From NCBI GenBank assembly GCA_002269645.1, contig NIVC01000390.1, forward strand, positions 248,001 through 312,000: 64,000 nucleotides of DNA, in the 5' to 3' direction. The notes under the pieces were generated by a model. The model was not told the origin of the DNA, did not search any database, and was given only the letters and a program-made list of their open reading frames with translations. Origin of the DNA: Macrostomum lignano (Eukaryota). Shown piece by piece: positions 46,320 through 57,710 of the stretch. Within the stretch, counting starts at the first letter, position 1. Each line of letters opens with the position of its first letter. The position numbers were made by a program, and so were the translations under genes.

Positions 46320-49300
46320 ATGCGACAAGAACAGAGGCTGCTAGCGGCCCTGCTCACGGTAGCCGTTCTCCTGCTGTTGTACTTCGGCTTGAGTAGGCGA
46401 TCAACTCGAACGCCAGTTGTGTCGGAGGGGCTCAAAAAGTCAAAGCCGGTGGCGCCGGGCAGTCAGCGAGACGAATCTAGCGTGCTCATCAGCACGGAGC
46501 TGTACACCATGCGCCAGGTGAATGCTTCGATTAAGCACAATGACGTACCACTGCGCTTAAGCCTAGTGGCCGTGGAACCTAGAAAGCACATCCAAGCCAA
46601 GGTGCCCTCGGTGCTGCTGCTGCACGGACACGAACAGTCGGCCATGATGTGGGAGAAGATCGGCACCCTGCAGGTGCTGGGCGACACGGGGCACAAGGCC
46701 TACGCTATTGATCTTCCTGGTGAGAGTTGAACCAGTGTCAGTAATTTCTTACTCAATGCTGTCTTCGGCAGTATCAGAAAGCGACGGTGAATGTCCAATG
46801 GTGCCACTTCCTCGGAAATGAGGAATTCAATCACTAATCTTTGTCGCTTTAATAATTGGGGATTTATGTTACGAGTATGTTTAGGGTTAGGTTCAGCTTT
46901 GTAGCAGTCAATTTTTTAGTGATCGAATAATGGCAGTTGGGGCAGTCAAATGTCTTGGATTTCAATCTTTACTCAACCACCACCTTTCCAGTCCCTTAAT
47001 AATATTTCATAAGCTTGCATAAATAAACATTGGCACGAGGGCTGCGGGCACCCTGGCGCAAAGCCTTCGGCGACATCGTCCCACAACCAGATGAGACCGG
47101 AAAATTTGACCGGCACAATTTGACCGGGATATTTGGGACCAACAATCTGATCGCCCTATTTTTCTGCCGCGAGAGTGATTATTCTTTCAAACTGTGAATA
47201 CGCTAGCTGTTATTATGTTTTTCGAGACTTTTTGAGGAAGTGACATTAAAAACGCATACTGACTACTATACTATACTCTAAGAGTTTTTTGAGCAAGATC
47301 TTCTGTTCTATCAGAAGATTTTCTGGTAGAAATCCCTTAGATTCCATCCCTTAGAATTATACTGTAGACTTTACAAATAGTACAGATTGTACAAAGTATA
47401 AATAGACTGTAAAGTTTTAATTTTGAAGTGCCGTAAATGGTGCGGTAAAAGTATAATTTTGTACCCTTTCTGAGCATCGCATCTTTTTTCCTGCTTTGGT
47501 TCCGGGGCAAGGGAAAAATGTAATGAATCAGCCAGAGGTCTTTAATGCATAAAAAATCCAATGAATATGAATGAAAATTACAGTCAAAATAAGTAAAACT
47601 GTCTGTGAAATTGTCGGCGGTGAAATTAAGGCGGTCAGGCTGGAAATGTTTGAGTAGGTGGGGTCTGATCTGGCTTTATATGCCAATCTTCTAAATAAAC
47701 ATTGGTTTGCCAAGCATTGCCTGGCCGTTGAGGATATCCCACGCATACTACTACAGCAACCAAATTACTAGTAACGTGTAAATTTCAAATTTATTTTTTA
47801 ATGAATTTAACCGACTATCGACTTATTTTCAGGTAAAACTAAATTAGCTGATTAGGCTGAAATTTTGAGATAGAAAAATCTATAAAAACGGATTAGTCAT
47901 TCCTTGAACTTCCCAATGGTGTATTGGACAGGATTATAAGGTAAAATTTTGAAAATAATAGACGCGAAAATCTAAACTAAACTGAATATATTATAGCCAA
48001 TATAGCTAATGTAGAGTAGCCAATATAGCCAATGTAGAGTAGCCAATATAGCCAATGTCAATAGCCAATATAGCCAATGTCAATAGCCAATATAGCCAAT
48101 GTAGAGTAGCCAATATAGCCAATGTCAATAGCCAATATAGCCAATGTCAATAGCCAATATAGCCTATGTCAATAGCCAATATAGCCAATGTAGAGTAGCC
48201 AATATAGCCAATGTAGAGTAGCCAATATAGCCAATGTCAATAGCCAATATAGCCAATGTAGAGTAGCCAATATAGCCAATGTAGAGTAGCCAATATAGCC
48301 AATGTCAATAGCCAATATAGCCAATGTCAATAGCCAATATAGCCAATGTCAATAGCCAATATAGCCAATGTCAATAGCCAATGTAGCCAATGTCAATAGC
48401 CAATATAGCCAATGTCAATAGCCAATGTAGCCAATGTCAATAGCCAATATAGCCAATGTCAATAGCCAATGTAGCCAATGTCAATAGCCAATGTAGCCAA
48501 TGTCAATAGCCAATGTAGCCAATGTCAATAGCCAATATAGCCAATGTCAATAGCCAATATAGCCAATGTCAATAGCCAATATAGCCAATGTCAATAGCCA
48601 ATATAGCCAATGTCAATAGCCAATGTAGCCAATGTCAATAGCCAATATAGCCAATGTCAATAGCCAATGTAGCCAATGTCAATAGCCAATATAGCCAATG
48701 TCAATAGCCAATATAGCCAATGTCAATAGCCAATGTAGCCAATGTCAATAGCCAATATAGCCAATGTCAATAGCCAATGTAGCCAATGTCAATAGCCAAT
48801 GTAGCCAATGTCAATAGCCAATATAGCCAATGTCAATAGCCAATATAGCCAATGTCAATAGCCAATATAGCCAATGTCAATAGCCAATATAGCCAATGTC
48901 AATAGCCAATATAGCCAATGTCAATAGCCAATATAGCCAATGTCAATAGCCAATATAGCCAATGTCAATAGCCAATATAGCCAATGTAGAGTAGCCAATA
49001 TAGCCAATGTAGAGTAGCCACTGGCTGCACCAAAATACGGTTATAAACCATCGTTCTCTAAAAATCGAGGCACCAACCTTATTCGAATTTTTTACTACAC
49101 ATCGCAGAAGCAAAGCATAAGAAAATTGAATCAATCGATTTTAAAAAGACAATCCATCGGTTTCCGGTCTCACCTGCTAACCGCGAGCCAGGCTTAATTA
49201 GGGAAGTCAATTAGCCGCAGACATTCCCGGGCGCTTCCGCCCCCCTGGTGCATGATGGGCATTCAGGAACGCGGCATTCTCTGTCAGAGCTGACTGACGA

Positions 49301-50867
49301 TTTATGAAAATGAATTGGCCAAGATCTGGTCTGGTGCTGCCACCCACCCACCCACCAACAGAATTTCACGGAACCCCCCCCCACCAGGTATGGATTTCAA
49401 ATTATCACCTCGGCCCTGGGCAAATTTCTGCTCGTTATTCAGCTGGAAAATCCTTTGCTTTTAGCTTGCGTGCCTGTCTACCCGTTCAACCGGTGCCAAG
49501 CCTGCTTTTGTTTAGCAAAACGATTGCTGCAGCTATTGCTTTGAGCACAGTAAAGTAAATGGATTATTATATGAGAAGAAGACGAATAGAAAAGCAATAC
49601 CTATCAAATATGGAGAAAATATGATTCTTAGTTCACTCAGATCACTGATGGAACGCATAGCAACTGTAGTCTCGCTATATACTGCAAGGCGGTGCTCTTG
49701 GATGCGGTTAGCACTGATGTTGCCAATCCAGCTGTATTTATCTAAGGGATTTTTTAATAAAGCTCCCCACTGTTAAATCCCAAACCGCACACCCTCGCTC
49801 TGCTCAAACTAGGCTCAGGCCACACCCGGCTGTTGGGGAAGCTGGCGCCCACTGATTTCATCCAAGCCGTAGTGGATTACTTGGACCTCGACCGGCCGCT
49901 TCTGGTGGCCCCGTCAACCTCCGGGGTCTTCGCCTTCGCCTACGCGCTGGAGGACCCGCACGGTATGCAAGCGAGGCTGTCCGGCTTCATCGGACTGTCG
50001 CCGTCGCACGCGCTGGCCTACGCGCAGGAGGACTTCGCGCACTTCAAGGTGATGGCGGCTTGTTTTGAAATCGTTTTCTTCCGATGCCCGACTCTTGATG
50101 ATTCCCAATGTCCCATGATTCGCAATTTCCCATGATCCCCAGTGTCCCATGATTCCCAGTGTCCCATGATCCTCAATGTCCTATGATCCCCAATGTCCCA
50201 TGATTCCCAGTGTCCCATGATCCTCAATGTCCCATGATCCCCAATGTCCCATGATTCCCAATGTCCCACGATTCCCAATGTCCCATGATTCCCAATGTCC
50301 CACGATTCCCAATGTCCCATGATCCCCAATGACCCATGATTCCCAATGTCCCGTGATCCCAATGTCCCATGATCCCCAATGTCTTATGATCCCCAATGTC
50401 CCATGATCACCAATGCTCCATGATCCCCAATGTCCCATGATCTCCAATGTCGGATGATTCGCAGTGTCGGATGATCCCCAATGTCCCATGATTCCCAGTG
50501 TCCCAAATTCCAAATTCTCAATGTCCCGCTGTTCTCAATGTCCCGCTGTTCTCAATGTCCCGCTGTTCTCAATGTCCCGCTGTTCTCAATGTCCCGCTGT
50601 TCTCAATGTCCCGCTGTTCTCAATGTCCCGCTGCTCTAAATGTCCAATGTTTCTGTTCTAACCCCCTTCGCCATCCAGAAAGTGTACACGGTGCTCTTGT
50701 ACGGCACGGAGAATGACCTGCCAGGCGAGGAAGCCTACAAGCGCTTCCGTCTGATCCCTTCCGCCCGGGTGATCCCAGTTGATTCGGCCAGCCACCTGCA
50801 CTATGTGGAGCGGCCGGATATTGTTAATGACATCATTATTGACGCGCTGAAGGCTCTGGAGGACTGA
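46320..50867 (+). CDS. ABHD14: ABHD14-family alpha/beta hydrolase with N-terminal membrane anchor (ABHD14A-like); exons 46320-46719, 49813-50048, 50679-50867; 274 aa
   Basis: VLLLHG..WEKIGTLQVL..AIDLPG, nucleophile motif APSTSG, LLYGTEND (Asp) and ASHLHY (His); phases 1 and 0 are consistent; anchor LLAALLTVAVLLLLYFGL. Confidence 0.88.
47030..47110 (-). mobile_element. SINE family A 3' fragment
   Basis: Reverse strand GGTTGTGGGACGATGTCGCCGAAGGCTTTGCGCCAGGGTGCCCGCAGCCCC matches the tails at 11345-11390 and 20604-20655. Confidence 0.5.
47993..49020. repeat. 22-bp minisatellite (TAGCCAATATAGCCAATGTCAA)n in ABHD14 intron 1
   Basis: About 46 units built from a TAGCCAAT sub-repeat; a GTAGAG variant occurs near the ends. 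Confidence 0.97.
50100..50645. repeat. Two adjacent related 17-bp arrays, (CCCAATGTCCCATGATT)n then (CTCAATGTCCCGCTGTT)n, filling ABHD14 intron 2
   Basis: Period 17 in both; shared CAATGTCCC core; switch at about 50500-50513. Confidence 0.93.
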
Positions 50868-50957
50868 TTTGTTTTAGTTGGACAATATTTTCCTCTCGCA
50901 TCGTCATTTTTCTCTTAGGAAATTTAAAGTAATTTAAATTTAAAGTAAATATAACAG

Positions 50958-52845
50958 AGAGTGAGACAGTGAGGCAATGAGACGGGCAGACAGTGACACA
51001 GTGAGACAATGAGACGGGCAGACAGTGACACAGTGAGACAATGAGACGGGCAGACAGTGACACAGTGAGACAATGAGACGGGCAGACAGTGACACAGTGA
51101 GACAATGAGACGGGCAGACAGTGACACAGTGAGACAATGAGACGGGCAGACAGTGACACAGTGAGACAATGAGACGGGCAGACAGTGACACAGTGAGGCA
51201 ATGAGACGGGCAGACAGTGACACAGTGAGACAATGAGACGGGCAGACAGTGACACAGTGAGACAATGAGACGGGCAGACAGTGACAAAGTGAGACAATGA
51301 GACGGGCAGACAGTGACACAGTGAGACAATGAGACGGGCAGACAGTGACACAGTGAGACAATGAGACGGGCAGACAGTGACACAGTGAGGCAATGAGACG
51401 GGCAGACAGTGACACAGTGAGGCAATGAGACGGGCAGACAGTGACACAGTGAGACAATGAGACGGGCAGACAGTGACACAGTGAGGCAATGAGACGGGCA
51501 GACAGTGACACAGTGAGACAATGAGACGGGCAGACAGTGAGACAGGCAGACAGAGTGAGACAGGCAGACAGTGAGACAGGCAGACAGTGAGACAGGCAGA
51601 CAGTGAGACAGGCAGACAGTGAGACAGGCAGACAGTGAGACAGGCAGACAGAAAGACAGGCAGACAGAGAGACAGGCAGACAGAAAGACAGGCAGACAGA
51701 GAGACAGGCAGACAGAGAGACGGACAGACAGTGAGACAGGCAGACAGTGAGACAGGCAGACAGTGAGACAGGCAGACAGTGAGATAGGCAGACAGAGTGA
51801 GACAGGCAGACAATGAGACAGGCAGACAGTGAGACGGGCAGACAGTGACACAGTGAGGCAATGAGACGGGCAGACAGTGAGACAGGCAGACAGAGTGAGA
51901 CAGGCAGACAGTGAGACAGGCAGACAGTGAGACAGGCAGACAGTGAGACAGGCAGACAGTGAGACAGGCAGACAGTGAGACAGGCAGACAGTGAGACAGG
52001 CAGACAGTGAGACAGGCAGACAGTGAGACAGGCAGACAGTGAGACAGGCAGACAGTGAGACAGGCAGAAAGTGAGACAGGCAGACAGAGTGAGACAGGCA
52101 GACAATGAGACAGGCAGACAGTGAGACAGGCAGACAGTGAGACAGGCAGACAGTGAGACAGGCAGACAGTGAGACAGGCAGACAGTGAGACAGGCAGACA
52201 TTGAGACAGGCAGACAGTGAGACAGGCAGACAGTGAGACAGGCAGACAATGAGACAGGCAGACAGTGAGACAGGCAGACAGTGAGACAGGCAGACAGAGA
52301 GACAGGCAGACAGAGAGACAGGCAGACAGTGAGACAGGCAGACAGTGAGACAGGCAGACAGTGAGACAGGCAGACAGTGAGACAGGCAGACAGTGAGACA
52401 GGCAGACAGTGAGACAGGCAGACAGTGAGACAGGCAGACAGAGAGACAGGCAGACAGTGAGACAGGCAGACAGTGAGACAGGCAGACAGTGAGACAGGCA
52501 GACAGTGAGACAGGCAGACAGTGAGACAGGCAGACAGTGAGACAGGCAGACAGTGAGACAGGCAGACAGTGAGACAGGCAGACAGTGAGACAGGCAGACA
52601 GTGAGACAGGCAGACAGTGAGACAGGCAGACAGTGAGACAGGCAGACAGTGAGACAGGCAGACAGTGAGACAGGCAGACAGTGAGACAGGCAGACAGTGA
52701 GACAGGCAGACAGTGAGACAGGCAGACAGTGAGACAGGCAGACAGTGAGACAGGCAGACAGTGAGACAGGCAGACAGTGAGACAGGCAGACAGAAAGACA
52801 GGCAGACAGAGAGACAGGCAGACAGAGAGACGGACAGACAGTGAG
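50958..52845. repeat. Compound satellite: a 32-bp unit grading into the 16-bp unit (GTGAGACAGGCAGACA)n
   Basis: Period 32 at 51001 and 51033; 16-mer from about 51540; source of the 300-677 aa repetitive ORFs. Confidence 0.97.
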
Positions 52846-53225
52846 GGTCAGCGGCTCCATTTTCTTCACTGGTTTGAAAAGTACAGAAGCACTCGCTCCA
52901 GCCGAGAAGCAGACAAATTGTCAAAGGCGTTGCTGCGCTGTTTTAAAAATTGATGAAAGTGAATAAACAGCTCGTATTGACAATTCAGCCGGCTCTAGGA
53001 ACTCATTTATTCGATAAAGCAGGCAATTTCCTTCTGTGTCCGTTTGACTACGAAATTAGCTGCTGTTGATCTGGAGAGAAAAAAATACGGTAATAAATTT
53101 AAGCGAATAAGTTTTGGAAGTTTTGGAAGAAAAAAACAAGAAAAACAAGCAAAGCTTAGCCAAAAGAATCCAAGATGATCCAATTGAAATACATTTTCTT
53201 GATTGTCCTACACTGCAGGAAGCAG

Positions 53226-53730
53226 GGCAGCTCAGCGATAAACGCATCTGACACTCGCCCCACAGGTCCCTGGTTCGATTCCGTCCTCGATCGCAGTCAT
53301 TTTTGCACTAAAATTAATCCAAGGTTTGTTCTGCGATTCCCACCCATGAGAGCCAACCCCCCAAGGCACAGAGAGAGTGTACATGCCTGAGAGAGTGTAC
53401 ATGCCTGAGAGAGTGTACATGCCTGAGAGAGTGTACATGCCTGAGAGAGTGTACATGCCTGAGAGAGTGTACATGCCTGAGAGAGTGTACATGCCTGAGA
53501 GAGTGTACATGCCTGAGAGAGTGTACATGCCTGAGAGAGTGTACATGCCTGAGAGAGTGTACATGCCTGAGAGAGTGTACATGCCTGAGAGAGTGTACAT
53601 GCCTGAGAGAGTGTACATGCCTGAGAGAGTGCACATGCCTGAGAGAGTGTACATGCCTGAGAGAGTGTACATGCCTGACGATTAGAAAGTCAAGGACGCT
53701 GTACACCCAGTGTGAGCGTGTGCGTGCCTA
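53226..53730 (+). mobile_element. SINE family A copy with an internal 18-bp minisatellite expansion
   Basis: Head CAGCTCAGCGATAAACGC..GGTTCGATTCC, body GCGATTCCCACCCATGAGAGCC; the SINE resumes after the array with GACGATTAGAAAGTC. Confidence 0.8.
53371..53676. repeat. 18-bp minisatellite (GAGAGAGTGTACATGCCT) x17
   Basis: 306 bp, 17 units, one variant unit. Confidence 0.97.
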
Positions 53731-55169
53731 AAGTTAATAATGACAAGATTGAGAAGACTCAGTACTGACTTCCAACAAGGCATTTGAGGTTGATACACAA
53801 TTTTATCAACTATCTTGCTGTATAGATGGGCAACAAGTGAAATACACAGAGACGATTCTCAGTAGAGAATAGTCCATTGAAAAATCTATAATCAATACAC
53901 GGAAGGTAGTGTAATTTGGCTGGGCTTTCCTGAGTCTGGAGTGAGCTTATTCTTCAAAGAATAAATTAACTAATTGAATTGACAGTTTGGGCGCGAACGT
54001 ACATGTTGACAGTCGACGAAAACGCCTGCACCCGCTGAGGGCTGTCCGACTCGGCGCGGGTGATGTGGCCTTCCAGCTGGAGTAGCTAAACGGGATGCAG
54101 TACTTCACGCCTGCCCCCCTCTGGTTTGCACTCTGCGGGTGTTCTGCACTCTCTTTTCACCTCTGGGAGTCGCAGACTTCTCCCAAGCTGTCTCGCAAGC
54201 CGACCCCGGCTACACGTTTCCGCGGAAATTCAAGTCATTCTGGGCTCCGGCGCTGGCGACCCATTCAGTAGCCTCGGTCGAACTTGGGTCACTCGGCTCG
54301 TCTGTCGGCTGTAGTACTGCGGAACATCTTGTAACCCAATATAATTCCTAAGGCGAGAACTTCTGGTGTCACGCCAGACGTGAAGCTTATTTTGGCCTAC
54401 TGCCCGGACAGGTGGAGTGGCCAAGTGGGTACCGTCCCCTTTTTGGACAGCCCACCAACCTCTATCAGCTTTTTAGCTGCTGGCAACAGGTCGCTTGCAC
54501 GGGCCAGGCTGGCACGGGCGGCACAGCGCCGCGCTTGTGACTCGATTGTTGTCCAATTCAACTGGTACCCCCTTGAATAGCATTTTCTGCATTAGCGCAA
54601 AGAAGTAGATGGATAGTTTCTGACTGATATAACTTTGAATGGCTTGATTGAACTGAGTCCCTTTTCCCACTGTCAACTCTGAATTTAAAATTTCAGAAGC
54701 ATAATTTTTTGTAACCACCCGTCCCTGCTTTTGAATCGTCTGCGGCAGCAAAGCGTTTTTTATACCTTTTCCATTTTTGTTCTCGTAGCGCATCCAGCAG
54801 GTGAAATGATGAAAGGCGAGTCACGAAGCTCAGCTTGAGTCAGTTCAGGTCAAGCAGAGCAGAGTGATAAAACAATAGCTTAGTATCGGAATGAAAGGGC
54901 TTAGTCACTACTGGCACAGGGTATTGATAAGGAAAAGCTGTATATGCAAGATTTGCGCTGTCTGTAGGATCAGAATGATTTATGAGCGCAGACAGCGCCT
55001 AGGTGTTATCAAACTCAAACTAAGGTAAGTTTTATGGACTCCGATTTTGTCAAGCACCGACCTGCCTGATGGGAGGCCAAACCGGGCAGTTGCTGGGCTT
55101 AAAAACGTCTCTTTCTTTCCAGGAACTCCAATATAGGGGAATCCAGATGCAGAAAATTCTGGCTTAGCT

Positions 55170-55560
55170 GCTAATCCTGAATTACGATAATCCTGGTTTG
55201 GGAGAATCTTGAATTGTAGGAATCCTGTTTTTAATCCTTCAAAATTTAGGAATCTCCAGGGATGAACCCCTTTTTGAGCATTAGGAGAATACTGTTTTGG
55301 GGGAATCCTGTTTGGGGAATCCTTAATTGGGGAGCCCTGTTTGGGGGAATCCTTAATTAGGGGAACCCTGTTTGGGGGAATCCTTAATTTGGATAATCTT
55401 TAATTTAGCGGAATCCTTAATTATGGGAGTCCTGATTTAAGGAAATCCTTAATTAAGAGGATCCTGAGTTGAGGGAATCCTTAATTAGTGGAATCTTTAG
55501 TTAGGGGAGTCCTTAATTGACGGAAGCCTAGTTTAAGGGAATCCTGATTTAGGGGAACCC
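55170..55560. repeat. Degenerate repeat of about 20 bp (GGGGAATCCTTAATT-like)
   Basis: Recurrent GAATCCT cores. Confidence 0.7.
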
Positions 55561-56586
55561 CTGTCAAGGGCTTGCTGTCTTAATCATTTTTATTGTCTTA
55601 ACTACCCTCGTATTACAGCTATAATGTGCTCTTAAAACAGTTAATCTGCCTGTTTAGATAAAAAAATTTGGAGCTGGCTTGTATCTGTTATTTTCGGTGA
55701 GAAAGTTGCCGGATGTCTATGGCCCAACCCCATCCTTTTCTACGAGTATACATTTCTATAATATGGACCATAGGGTCCCTTCGCTTTCCAAGAAGCGACA
55801 CGCGAATTCATGTTAGAGTCTCTTCCCAGTTTTATCGGTTCGCAATTTTTTTAATCCGATGAAAAAGACACCGAGAAGCAAAGTACTTTACTTTCGTCTT
55901 TGAAAAGTACATTCGTCAGATATCTGTGTATATAGTGACAAAGAAAGGTTTTTTCAAATAATCTATCTACCGTGGTCAATATGCGACAGGCAGGTAATCA
56001 TCAATATAAATGATAAGGAGGCGGGTATAGCATAGTATCTATCAGAAGTACGCGAGCTACTTCTAACCACACGGTGGGGACAGAGCCTAAATAGTACGCG
56101 AATTACGAGCTAAGATACACGCATAGGCGCGTTGCAAATTTGTTCCATTGAATTGAGAAGTTCGCAACTAGAAACGGCTGGTGTTTTTTGGTGCACGTGA
56201 CGAGGAGATGAAGGACAGACTCGGAGAGCGGGGAAGTGTTCGGGTCGATGTGGCCCACACATATATATCACCGAAATCCCCTCGTCTCTATTGCCACCAG
56301 CACTCACTAAGCCGGGCTCCTCGCGGTCCACTAAATCGTGGCATTGAAGACTCCAGGCTCCGGGTTAATTATGTAATTAGCTAGCTGCGGCTCCAGCGCG
56401 AACTCATGAATTATTAATTACCTAGACTTGAAGAACTGGAGGCCTGGCAGTTGAGTTTATTGCTCTGTGAGAAAAAAGAGTTGAGTATAGATGAGGGCAG
56501 AGGGCACGAACCCTGTTATGCACTTTTGAACTTGTCAGGGTATCTGTTGCCAGACTCCGCCTCAGGCCCACGATTCACCAGTACAG

Positions 56587-57111
56587 TTAGGCAAAGCAAA
56601 AGCCCCTCAGGTGCAACAGGTTAGCGAAAGCTTTCCGAAAGTCCACATTGAAGATGGTGTAAATAATGGGATTGATTGCTGAGTTCAAATAGCCCAGCCA
56701 AACGAATAAACTGTAGACGCCTTTGCGTGTCTGATAGTCGGCAGCTTCGCCGAGGTACACAACGAAGAATGGCAGCCAGCATAGCATGAAGATGCCCATG
56801 ATGATGCCGAGGGTTCTGAGAGCGCGTCGCTCCCTGCTCAACGAGATTTTCTGCCTCTGTCGAGAATGCTGCTCAAGCATGCGGCGTCGCTCCTGATAGT
56901 TGGTGCCGTCGGCGTCAGCTGGAGCAGCTCCGCCTGCGTCCTTTGCTGTCGACGTCGCCGCCGCGGTTTCAGCAGCTGGCGAGTTTCTGTCGATGGCGGC
57001 GGTGGCAGCTGCCGTAGCCGCAGCGGTTGCAGAGGCGACCATCGAGGTCGCGACCGGAGCAGCGCCTTCGTCTCCATTGGGCTCGTCGTCTTTGCCATCG
57101 CTGCTGTCATC
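56587..57111 (-). CDS. Last exon (ICL3 end, TM6, TM7) of a tyramine/octopamine-type biogenic amine GPCR
   Basis: ISLSRERRALRTLGIIMGIFMLCWLPFF and WLGYLNSAINPIIYTIFNVDFRKAF closely resemble type-1 tyramine receptors; acceptor TCACAG|GAT in phase 0. Confidence 0.88.
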   Translation of the reverse strand, partial: DDSSDGKDDEPNGDEGAAPVATSMVASATAAATAAATAAIDRNSPAAETAAATSTAKDAGGAAPADADGTNYQERRRMLEQHSRQRQKISLSRERRALRTLGIIMGIFMLCWLPFFVVYLGEAADYQTRKGVYSLFVWLGYLNSAINPIIYTIFNVDFRKAFANLLHLRGFCFA

Positions 57112-57170
57112 CTGTGACAGACACGGTGCGGAGTACGCTTGAACTTTGCTCATCACTTTTAATCGCCTCC

Positions 57171-57710
57171 TCTCATCCCATCTCACCTCATCTCACCTCA
57201 TCTCATCTCATCTCATCTCACCTCATCTCACCTCATCTCATCTCATCTCACCTCACTTTACCTCATCTCACCTCACCTCACCTCACCTCATCTCATCTCA
57301 TCTCACGTCATCTCACCTCACCTCATCTCATCTCACCTCATCTCATCTAATCTCAACTCATCTCATCTCATCTCACCTCACCTCACCTCACCTCATCTCA
57401 CCTCACCTCACCTCACCTCACCTCATCTCACCTCACCTCACCTCACCTCACCTCACCTCATCTCACCTCATCTCACCTCATCTCACGTCATCTCTCCTCA
57501 CCTCATCTCATCTCACCTCACCTCATCTCATTTCATCTCATCTTATCTCATTTTATCTCATCTTATCTCATCTCACCTCACCTCATCTTATCTCATCTCA
57601 CCTCACCCCATCTCACCTTTCTCATCTCATCTCCCCTCATCTCACCCCACCTTATCTCATCTCACTTCATCTCACCTCATCTCACCTCAGCTCACCCCAC
57701 CTTATCTCAT
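57171..57710. repeat. Pentamer microsatellite (TCTCA/CCTCA)n
   Basis: Read directly; begins about 60 nt from the GPCR acceptor. Confidence 0.96.

Noticed and set aside
54473-54793. 106-aa minus-strand ORF
   Set aside because: No recognisable domain, splice context or coding-like composition.
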